Part shown: positions 11,101 through 26,807 of the stretch, piece by piece
Layout of the letters: each line of letters opens with the position of its first letter
Position numbering within the stretch: position 1 is the first letter of the stretch
Assembly (NCBI GenBank): GCA_054661495.1
Contig: BAAFSQ010000061.1
Span: 15,661-47,660, forward strand
Direction: 5' to 3'
Source of the DNA: Zygophlyctis sp. KS116
Lineage: Eukaryota; Fungi; Chytridiomycota
Length of the DNA stretch: 32,000 nucleotides
Made by a program: the position numbers and the translations under genes
The notes under the pieces: generated by a model
Seen by the model: only the letters and a program-made list of their open reading frames with translations
Databases searched by the model: none
Told to the model about the DNA's origin: nothing

Positions 11101-12004
11101 ATAAGGCATACATGGAGACTATTATCAATTAAGGTTATGAAAAGGGCAGCATATTTTAATACTGGAACACATGAATTGAATGCATTCAAACATTATGCCC
11201 TTTCTGTACCATTATATACTCACTTTACATCTCCAATTCGTAGATATGCAGATTTAGTAGTTCATAGAATGCTTCATGCAATTCTTCAGGGCGAAGAAAA
11301 TCCTTATGATTCATCCAATGTTGTTGAAATCGCAAAGCAGTGTAACATTAGAAAAGAAACTGCAAAGACTGCCCAAGATGCTAGTATGAATTTATATCTG
11401 AGTAATTTTAAAAATCTAATACTTAGTTTCTCTTTTAAATAATCTCTCAAAAGTGGAAGATCTTTGTGAATATGCAATAGTGACAGAAATTGGTAATCGT
11501 TCAATTGATGTAATTGTTCCTCGTTTTGGAATTGAAAAACGTGTTTGGATTGAAGACCTTGTATCTGAAAATTCAGCCATTGGATGTCAATTAGATTCTA
11601 AAACCATGACTCTCAAAGTTCATTGGAAAAAAACCAAAAACTCGTTGTCTTCTCTTTCATCTAAATTACAAGATATGAAATTAGAGGATCAACTTAAAAA
11701 TGAAGTATTACTTGCAGAAGATGATAATGATGACAACTGGGAAGATCTCACAGAGAATGATACGCCTGTAGAAACCAAGGTTCAGTCCATTCGAATGTTT
11801 GACACGGTTAAAGTACGAATCCTTCCATTACTTGAACGATCACCACCAACACTTCAATTGATTCTATTGTACCCAGCTCAAAATTATTCTACAAATGATA
11901 TATTTTCAGTCGTGGAAGATATTTTTATTTTCAACTCTAAAGAAGGGGAATCACTGACTCAATCGTCAGCATCATGCCCAGGAATGGCTGATGATCGAGA
12001 CTAG
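8187..12004 (+). CDS. DIS3L2: DIS3-like exonuclease 2 (RNase II/RNB family) with repetitive N-terminal extension
   Basis: [10 protein letters not shown], intact catalytic [65 protein letters not shown]; no PIN domain. Introns 9353-9376, 9670-9697, 9823-9848, 10113-10141, 10235-10263, 10840-10869, 11068-11097, 11402-11426. Confidence 0.9.
8571..9083 (+). repeat. Coding minisatellite, 19 x 27 bp, encoding N(T/A/D/S)RSSQN(E/K)(G/R)
   Basis: Unit AAT(GCT/ACC/GAT)AGATCTTC(T/C)CA(A/G)AATGAA(GGA/CGC). 19 units counted in the translation, 513 nt. Confidence 0.95.
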
Positions 12005-12058
12005 TATTGAAATAAAATACATTATTTTATCAGCCGGTCGGGCCTTGAGAGTTTTAAA

Positions 12059-14611
<2,553 letters not shown>

Positions 14612-15025
14612 AGAATTCTTATTCATTTTAATGATCAGTTCACTTGAAATTTCATATCCATAGCCATGTTTGACCATTCATGTATTTCCTCTTCTCTTAT
14701 ATTTTGAGATATCTTCCAAATCTACATATCCGATGATTATTGCTGCTGAATTTCACTCGAATTCAAATGCTATTTTGGACTCTTTCATTGGACAAGACAA
14801 TCTTTGTATTGAAAGAAAAATGCATTCCGATGAAACTCTGGCACTAAAAGAAGAATATTGTCCGAATGCCATTGTTCATCCGCAGCTTAATCAAGTAGAA
14901 CAATGCACAAACTATTCATTCAAAAAATAAATAATGATTCATCTTATACGGAAAATAGAGAGTTCAGATCCATTCGTAGTTAACTGAGCCGATTTCCTAT
15001 GGAGCGTCATTGGTTAGGCTGACAA

Positions 15026-18403
<3,378 letters not shown>

Positions 18404-18586
18404 AAGATTTAATTTTAATTTTTTATCGAAGTTGATCCTATTGAATAGCTGCGATTGTTTGCAGGACAATTCATGTTTCAGCATTAGGGATATACAGGTT
18501 TTAGAATAACCTGCTAGATTTAGCATATCCTGCCGCTTTACAGTTTAAATTCAAAGTCCCAGAAATCATGTACCAAGTTAAAGGTG

Positions 18587-18792
18587 GCCAGTTATTCTGG
18601 TTTTGCACCCGTATTGATTGGTTTCGCAGTCTTTGCTCTCCATTTATCTGGCGTTACAATTTATGAGGAGTTGCAGTCACTGGTAAATGGGGCAATCATT
18701 GGATATTCTGGGCCGGACCTATCTTAGGAGGCTTATTAGCTGCCGGATGCTTTACGGTATTCATTCAGTCGAGAAAGCTTTCCAAGGATTAA
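18587..18792 (+). pseudogene. Aquaporin (MIP family) C-terminal remnant, frameshifted, second NPA loop deleted
   Basis: Frame A reads SGFAPVLIGFAVFALHLSGVTI (TM5). After a frameshift near 18665, frame B reads GVAVTGKWGNHWIFWAGPILGGLLAAGCF...* (loop E end + TM6). The expected GxxxNPARSF segment is absent and no intact upstream exons are visible. Confidence 0.75.
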
Positions 18793-18905
18793 GAATTATC
18801 CTAATTAATCAGAATAATATTTTTCCTGGTGAACTTGCTCAGAGTAACTCTTCCAATGTTGCAAGATTTATTTTCATTGAGCTTCAGTTTAGTGTAGCTT
18901 ATAAA

Positions 18906-19819
18906 TCATGGTGAAATTCCCTTGTTTGGAGGACAATCGGACACATCTGAAACACACATTTCTTCAAATGAGAATTCATGTTCAAGCATCACTGATCTAA
19001 ATTCCATTTCAACTTCAGGAGGGATCTCATCAATTCTTGAAGAAGATCGTGAAACAATTGATGCTCCTCCATATTCACCAGCCGGCGTGTATCCACCTTT
19101 TGTTAATAAAACCAACTTACAATACACATAAAGCATCCAATCTGGATGAGGCCAGGAAAGCACAATCCAATCCTCATTTTGAGGGAGTAAAGGAGCGTCT
19201 TTGTAAATATGTGTCATGACTCCAGGAGAAGTTATTTCGACATCAGCAAAAGTGTGAACAAATGAAGTTGTACACGTACTGTTAGATCCACCACAGTATT
19301 CAATCGAATCTCTCCATTTCCCATCATTAGCTGATTTATAAAATCTATCTGATTGACAAGGAAATGCATCGAAAGCAGCAGGCCATCCTGGTTGTCCACA
19401 GTTTAGCCTAGAAACTTATAAAACCAATATTACCCTTTCAGAATCCACCAAGTCCCTTCTAATTGATTCAAATGAGTCAATTCCTTTATCCCATCTTCCT
19501 TTTTAGCCAAACATTTACCATCGGGAGGCAACTTTGGCAAACAACCATTTTTAGACATACAACGTAAAAGATTTACATACTGTGTATTTTGATAACCATC
19601 TGTTAACTGACACAATAGATTGCATGCCGCTGCATTATCCGATTCTAAACATTTTCGATTACACATGATTGCTTTTCTACATTTTGTATTCTTTACGCAT
19701 GCGCCAAACGGCAAAACGCACCGTTGAGTGATACAAGAAAAACTGGCCAAGTTTGAGATCGCAGAAGCCTTGGAGGTAACTGATTTTAGCAAAAGAGTAA
19801 CGATTAATAACAATTTCAT
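18906..19819 (-). CDS. Violaxanthin de-epoxidase-like (VDE/VDL family) lipocalin with signal peptide, 287 aa
   Basis: Signal peptide; Cys domain Cx4Cx6Cx5Cx5Cx3Cx8Cx3Cx16Cx5C; GTWWILKGLN, FDAFPCQ, QNEDWIVLS, LYVYCG, EYGGA, terminal D...C. Introns 19408-19433 (26 nt) and 19097-19120 (24 nt). Confidence 0.85.
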
Positions 19820-19943
19820 TAAAAGATTATAATTGTTTTCTCGATCCTATTGTCCGGGAGGCTTTCTAACCTCACTGTTGCTTACAAACGTGTATTAAAA
19901 TCGATGTAATCGTTAATCTGTTTATTTTAATATGCTAAAATTT

Positions 19944-20708
19944 CTAGTATGGTTTAAATTTCCTGCTTTCCTTGAGCTTTTGAATCTTTAATTTATCTTG
20001 TTCAAACTTATTCTTTAATTCTTGCAATGCAGTCTTTTTAGAATCTCTTTTTTGGAATCTATAGAAATCAACGAGTACTTTGTCTTTTGGTTTTACATTT
20101 TTCAATTCTCTTGGATCTATTGCAGACATTATTGCACCTGATTCATCCTTATTTGTATTTCTTCTTCCTTTTCTAGTGACTGTAACAAACCCATCTTTAT
20201 CAGGTAAATTTCTAGACTCTAGTGCTGTTAATTTAACTTGTCTTTCCATTTCTTCAAATTCCAAGAGTTCTTTATCAATAGATTTTCTTAAAGATTGCGA
20301 ATCAGGAATCATATCCAAGTACTCTTGAATCCATTTTTCTATCCCCTGTGGTTGAGATGCATCACTGGGATAGATTATATTTTCTGTAATTTCCATAATC
20401 TTTTCTACAGCATCATCTTCCTTAAAAATCAAATGTGCATTTGTTCCTGATTTTAGAGGAAACTGTTTAGGAGAAAACCCAAATTCAGATTTCTCTTTCA
20501 GAACAAGTTTTTCTAGAGTGCCACAATTTTCAAAGATTTTTTTTAAAACTTTAGAGTTTGCATCAACTGGAAGATTCAGGACAAACAATGTTCTTCCGTC
20601 TGGGAGATGATCTGATTTGACTCTTGTAGAATGCTCTTTTAGATACATGGCATGAATAGCTGATCCTGGCATTTCCAAATTCAAAACATTGAAATCTTGA
20701 AATTTCAT
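19944..20708 (-). CDS. RRP7: Ribosomal RNA-processing protein 7 (RRM + RRP7 domain), 254 aa
   Basis: RTLFVLNLP, PDKDGFVTVTR, DFYRFQKRD, FEQDKLKI...RKFKPY. True ATG at 20708; the ORF track extends to an upstream TTG. Confidence 0.93.
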   Translation of the reverse strand: MKFQDFNVLNLEMPGSAIHAMYLKEHSTRVKSDHLPDGRTLFVLNLPVDANSKVLKKIFENCGTLEKLVLKEKSEFGFSPKQFPLKSGTNAHLIFKEDDAVEKIMEITENIIYPSDASQPQGIEKWIQEYLDMIPDSQSLRKSIDKELLEFEEMERQVKLTALESRNLPDKDGFVTVTRKGRRNTNKDESGAIMSAIDPRELKNVKPKDKVLVDFYRFQKRDSKKTALQELKNKFEQDKLKIQKLKESRKFKPY

Positions 20709-20928
20709 TTTAAAATTTTTGCGACTAAATCGTGTATTAGGTCTTGAATTTACTGTAGTCTCTGGTTTCTCAAGTAAGTTTCTCAAGCTTCTCAAGCTTC
20801 TGGTTTAAATAAAAGTACTGGATTTTCTTTTTTGATCGCTTGTTTTTACAGAGAATATACTTAGGTCCCTAGAAAAATCTCAAAATTTCATGTAATTATC
20901 GGACACTTTTTCTTTGGCAAATAAAAAA

Positions 20929-21201
20929 ATGAGTATGGCAGAGGTAGATATAAATTGTCTTAAAGTCAAGGACGAGAGTGAATTAGTCTATATAAAGTCT
21001 CAGGAATTTTTAATCGCACTTACAGCTAAAAACTATGAGTCTGCGCTTACTCTAGCGCGAGAAATCCTTGTTCTGGATCCAAAGAATGATCTTTTTAATG
21101 AATATCAGACTATTCTTTTACAAAAAATTCAGATGGAAGACTCTTCAGAATTGTCATCAGATAATAGTTCTAGTAGTGACAGTAATTCAGGCTCTGATTA
21201 A
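20929..21201 (+). CDS. Small ERICH2-like helical-hairpin protein with acidic/Ser tail; 5' structure uncertain
   Basis: EFLIALTAKNYESALTLAREILVLDPKN...EYQ resembles ERICH2 (EFL.A...Y..A..L...IL..EP.N, recalled from memory). The 5' part may contain an intron. Confidence 0.45.
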   Translation: MSMAEVDINCLKVKDESELVYIKSQEFLIALTAKNYESALTLAREILVLDPKNDLFNEYQTILLQKIQMEDSSELSSDNSSSSDSNSGSD

Positions 21202-21266
21202 ACAATAAATATGCAGCTATAATCTCATCAAAACTCATACTATAAAAATCAAAAAATATGCATTGA

Positions 21267-22398
21267 TTAAACATCTTTAGGATCGCCTATTCCATCAGCA
21301 TTGATTGAGAAGAGAGTCTCGCATTCTGGAAGACATGGTGAATCATAAATTTTGCAAATTCTAGTTTCTCCACGACCCTTTTTCAAGTATAAGCGGGTTG
21401 TAGAAGCATGTCTACTAAATTAATCTTATTTAAATAGTACGCTATTATATTCCCTCCTATAGGTTTCTTTGGATCAGGATTAAACATGGCTGCACCTCCA
21501 TCGACTTGAGCTACTACTTGATTTGTTATAACAATAGCAACTCCAAATTCATCTGCTAGCCTTGAAAGTCCACGAAGAAACTGTGCCAAATGCATTTGTC
21601 TTGCAGAGAGTTCTCCACGACCAGAATAATCTGTACGGTAGAGAGCCGTTGCAGAATCTACGATTAAAAGCGAATATCGCATTTCGGACATCATGGCAGC
21701 AGCTTCTTGTAATAATTTCAATTGATGATCAGAATTATAAGCTCTAGCACAGTGAACATTGTCTAAAACTTCTTCTCCATCAACACCATATCTATTGTTA
21801 AACTCTAGAAATACCGTTCTGCAACCGAGAGTAACCTTTCAGGTCTAAAAGTACCCTCTGTATCAATATATAAACATTTTCCTTCACCCCCTCCCATATC
21901 TAGAGGTAACTAAAATTAGATAATGATGCATTATACCTGGCATGTTACAGCTAAAGTATGACATATTTGAGTTTTTCCGGTTCTAAATTCACCAAATAGT
22001 TCAGTGATCGCGCCTGTTTCAATCCCACCACCGAGTAATTCATCCAAGTTTTTAGATCCTGTTGTAATCATAATCAAATCTCCACGCTGTCTATGAATTT
22101 CCGTTGCAGGAACAAATCCCATCGGCACAAGTTTTGAGGCTTCAATTAGAATCTTATCAACCTTTATTTCTGAAAAACCTTTTATTGTAAGTAACTGCTT
22201 CTTTGGTGTAAAAGCAACAGATTCAACTGTATGAAGGCCGGCTGATTTCAATTTTGCTATATCACCAGAACTGAACCCAAATTGCTATTACATAAGGATT
22301 AAATGAACTACCTCAAGTTTCTCGATAAGCATTGGTCCTACTGCCATCTCTTCTTGCTCTTCAGACACTACAGCATGATCACTTTGTCTTTGTGCCAT
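21267..22398 (-). CDS. RAD51: DNA repair recombinase RAD51
   Basis: [66 protein letters not shown] (RAD51-type rather than DMC1-type residues). Introns 22285-22311, 21910-21936, 21792-21814, 21412-21440. Confidence 0.96.
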
Positions 22399-22490
22399 TT
22401 AGTTAAATTAAGGCGGCGAATTGGATTTTAATCTCGTCCAGACTTTGTCTGATCATGTCTGAATGACAAAAAACAATGATCATGAACATT

Positions 22491-23298
22491 TTATATTAGC
22501 TTTTGAGATTTAATTTGACGGTCATGATCAATAATAATCTCAAGATGTCTTCCCGGATTGGGCATTGCAGTCTTCCTTAATCCTTCAACTCCGATTGAGT
22601 ATACGGGTATGAAACGATTAATAAAATCTATAAGTTCATGATTACTTAGTCCAGCATTTGGATCTCCTTTAATTTTCCTTAGTGACTCTTCTTGTTCTAA
22701 CCTCCAATCATAAACATAATTTATATCTTGTGCCACAATATGAATAAATGCGCTAAAATATCCATTCAGAAACTCAAAATCCTTCAAGTTTTCATTAATA
22801 ACTCTTAGATAAGGATCTTGGACATAATCATCAGTAGATCTGAAGCCCAAACACCATCCTTCCAGTATGACTATTTGAGGCTTAAAATCAATCAGTGTCC
22901 ATGCATCCAGGGGACAGCGATCACCACGACCATTGAATGCTGATTTATCATATTGAGGAATTCTAGTAGTTTTTCCCGAAGCTAAATCTTTTAAAACTCC
23001 TTGATAATGAGAAAAATAAATTACCATTTAACAAAGATAAATCATGCGTCCCGGGACATCCACGATACTGAAGAAACGGATTATCGGGATTTGCATTTGC
23101 TATAGTTAATAGATCGTCATGTCCATAATAAAAATCATCCAAACTGAATGAAATTATAGTCGAGGATTTAGATAACCTGTTTGTCAGTAGCGTTTTACCA
23201 CAGCCTTGAGGCCCAGACAGTCCAACAATTAAAGGACGATCGCTTATTTCTTTAAGCCAGAAATCCAACTGATTCGTAATAAGATCAAAAATATTCAT
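22491..23298 (-). CDS. TDA10: Tda10-like P-loop kinase (glycerate kinase class III-like)
   Basis: GLSGPQGCGKT, SLDDFY, RGCPGTHD, PQYDKSAFNGRGDR, ILEGWCLGF, VYDWRLEQE. 25-nt intron 23000-23024. Confidence 0.88.
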
Positions 23299-23328
23299 AA
23301 AGTTTATTCTTTGCTATTATTCTAACCT

Positions 23329-24760
23329 TTAAAACATTAATTCCTCGTCCTGCTCTTCTATAACATTTTTCTTCTTACTCCTGATTGTACTTGTAGTAGC
23401 TGACATTGACCTTGTCCGATCTAGTATTATTGGATCGCCCCTCATATTCCTTCTGATAGTTTGTAGAGAACCTGATGGTAAACTTTCTCCCCAACTTGTT
23501 TTACGAGGTCCTTTAATTGGAGAAATAGGCTCTCCTGCCAATAGCTGACGATATTCATCCCCAAATTGTGGAGGACTTGAAATATCCATATTATAAATCT
23601 CTGAATTACTAAACGGGTCTGGTTTTGAGGTTGAAAGGGTAAGCTGTTCTTGTGAATTTGTCAATTTAAGAGATGATCCTTTTGTTTTCATAGACGCAAA
23701 ATGCCACAAGGCTGAAAGAGAATCGCAAGCCTCAGATTTGACTGATTTTAATATTTTGTCTGACACGAATCCAACAGAACTTAATTTCTTTAGTAATTTT
23801 GAATTTTCAGAAATTCCTTGATTCGTATCATCTTTATAAATTTTAATTTCAGAGTCTATAGCTTTCAAATCATTAAACCATGGATGCTGTAAAACATCCT
23901 CTAAAGGCAATCTTTCATCTGGATCACGAACAATCATACCATTGAGTAAATCAATTGTATCTTTTATTTAGAAATTAAAGTAAAATACCTGGCTGCAAGT
24001 TTGAAGGGATTGTAAAATCCATTCCCAAGACTTTTTTATGCATATCTTTTTCATCATCTTCATCAAATGGTAAATATCCCACCACCATTGTATAAAATAT
24101 AATGCCCAAACTCCATATATCAGCAAATTTCCCAGAATACTTTTTTGCAGAAATTATTTCTGGAGCAGCATATGCAGGCGATCCACAAAAAGTGTCTAGT
24201 AGTTTATTATTTTCCATATTCCTTGTAAATCCAAAATCAATCACTTTTACATTGAAATTTTTATCCAATAGTATATTTTCCAATTTCAAGTCTCTTTTGA
24301 TTAATATTATGAATTACCGATGACAATAATTTTTATCGTGACAATATCGTATTGCATCAGCCATTTGCCAAAACATTTTTTTAGTTTTGATTGCAGTATC
24401 ATCCATTTTTTTATATTTTGAGATATAATCAAAAAACTCCCCCCATTCTGCATATTCAAATACCAAATAAATTTTAGTTTCTGTTGTTAAAACTTCATAT
24501 AATTGTGCGATATTAGGATGCCTTAATCGCCTGAGAGTTTCAATCTACACGATTAGATTTAACTTGGTACTTCCTGATAAACGACCGGCGCATGAATCTT
24601 ATCAATAATTTTTATAGCAACGACTTGTCCTGTAAACGTATGATAAGAAAGTTTTACTTTTCCAAATGAGCCTATAGTTATGATGACTGAGCCAACCTTG
24701 TCCAATTGTTTTCCCCAACGAGTAACTTCCAACTTGAGACAAATCACTAGACGACAGCAT
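23329..24760 (-). CDS. CAMK/AMPK-related Ser/Thr protein kinase with UBA-like region
   Basis: IGQGSFGKV, VAIK, HRDLKLEN, DFG, TFCGSPAYAAPE. Introns 24672-24696, 24545-24570, 24294-24317, 23961-23988. Confidence 0.9.
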
Positions 24761-25009
24761 TTGTTTTAGCTCAGACTACATCTCAATACTCTATAATGCT
24801 TACTTCTGAATTCCGTCGTGTTCTCATTTGTAGAAATGTATTGAATGAGTTTTATGTCCGGAATAGTCTTGAAAATCTTCACGTTCCAGTGTTTTTAAGC
24901 GTGAAAATTTTCAGATTAAATGTGAGAATTTTTACTGGAAAATGAATCCGGAAAACGATAAATCCTTGAAAAATTGCTCTTAGACAATCAATTTTTATTT
25001 TTTTTTGAA

Positions 25010-26781
25010 ATGCAAGCTGATAAACATGATGATCCATTGAATACTGGCTTGGATTTTATTCATTCAACTTTAGAAAGTGAACATGCATCTCTTAAAGACT
25101 TTAAATCTTTGAATATCAATGATGATGAATCTGATGATGAAGAAATCATTTACCAAAAGCCAGCATTTGGAAAGAGATCTACAAAAAAACTCATTATTGA
25201 TCTCTCAATTTGGATCATTCTAACAATTTATGCCGGTTTGTTAATGGCTAGAGGAAAAGGTAAAGATGGATATGTATTGGCAATCTTGATCTACATTTTC
25301 ATTTCACTTCGGCTTTTGGCTAGGCATGTCTCGATTTCTATATTGGTCTACAGGCATATCGGAAATGCATTCAGTTTTATATATGATAGAACTGCAGGAA
25401 AAATTAATCCTGCTACGAGAATATATACTCTTTTTGGAGTTACTTTTTGTGCGCTGTTTTTAACTGCATTGCTTGCTTCTATAGATCCGGAAATTAGTTC
25501 AGTCGCAGAAAGAATTCAATCGCTTTTTGGAGTTGTGGTCATACTGGTTGTAATGACTTTTACATCAGAAGATCGATTTAGCATTCCATGGCATACAGTT
25601 TCAGTTGGACTGTTTATGCAGTATTTAATTGCAATGTTTGTATTGAAAACTGCAGTAGGAATTCAAGTATTTCAATTTTTATCAAGATTAATTACAAATT
25701 TCCTGGAAACATCTTCAGTTGGATTGGAATTTCTTATTGGTCCTTATGCTCACACTTCTTTTGCAGTGAATGTTTTGCCTGCCATTATCTTTTTTTGTGC
25801 ATTTATTAGTGTTGTTTACTATTTTGGAGGAATGCAATATATCGTGGTCAAAATGGCTTGGTTTATGATGAGATTAATGGATACTTCAGGATCAGAGTCA
25901 GTTGTTGCTGCTGCTTCTCCTTTTGTTGGACAAGGTGAATCAGCACTGCTAGTCAAACCTTTTGTAGAGTATATGACAAAATCTGAATTACATTCAACAA
26001 TGACTTCTGGATTTTCTACAATTGCTGGGTCTGTTTTATTGGCTTATATTGGGTTTTTGGATGATGCAAGCTCATTACTATGTTCTTGTGTCATGTCTAT
26101 TCCTGCATCATTGCTTTTATCAAAAATGCGATATCCAGAAAAAGAACAGTCAATCACCAAAGGAGAAGTTAAAATCCCACCTTCAGAAGAAAAAGAAGCT
26201 AATTTCTTACATGCTGCAGGAAATGGATCTGGAACAGGAATTCATCTTGTTTTATTGATTTGTGCCGCACTTTTGGCAATAGTAACATTATTTACTGTTT
26301 GTGATGAATTTGTGGGTTGGGCCTTTGGTATGATTGAAGTTTATGATTTTGTTAATGGCCCAAACTCTGATGGTTCCATGAAACCTATTAGCATTCAACT
26401 ATGCCTCTCATACTTATTTTATCCTTTCGCATGGTTGATTGGAATGCCAGCTGTTGATGCTCGTAAAGCAGGTGAAGTTATGGCAGTTAAAATGGTTGTG
26501 AATGAATTCTTAGCCTATAGTCAGTTGGCAGATCTTCGCAATCAAGGGCTAATACAACCAAGAAGTATATTTTATTATTGTATTAATTATTAGCTGTTAA
26601 ATTACTTACGTATGCTCTTTGTGGATTTGCAAATGTTGCATCAATTGGTATTCAATTGGGTTGCTTGGGTGTTATGGCACCAACTAGAAAACATGATTTA
26701 TCACAATTAGCAATGTCTGCCATGATAACTGGAACTGTTAGTACGTGGTTATCAGCAGCAGTTGCAGGAACTCTCTTATAA
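25010..26781 (+). CDS. Concentrative nucleoside transporter (CNT/SLC28 family)
   Basis: FAVNVLPAIIFF, SGSESVVAAASPFVGQGES, SGFSTIAGSVL, VNEFLAY, YALCGFAN. 29-nt intron 26565-26593. Confidence 0.94.
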
Positions 26782-26807
26782 ATTCAAACTTGAAAGTTTA
26801 AGGTTTT

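Noticed and set aside
14670-14930. 86-aa plus-strand ORF
   Set aside because: TTG start, no motif, and no support as a eukaryotic gene.
18687-18914. 75-aa plus-strand ORF
   Set aside because: It is an off-frame shadow of the aquaporin remnant with no recognisable features.
20766-20800. TTCTCAAG x3 short repeat upstream of RRP7
   Set aside because: Short and imperfect, with no interpretable motif; probably slippage.
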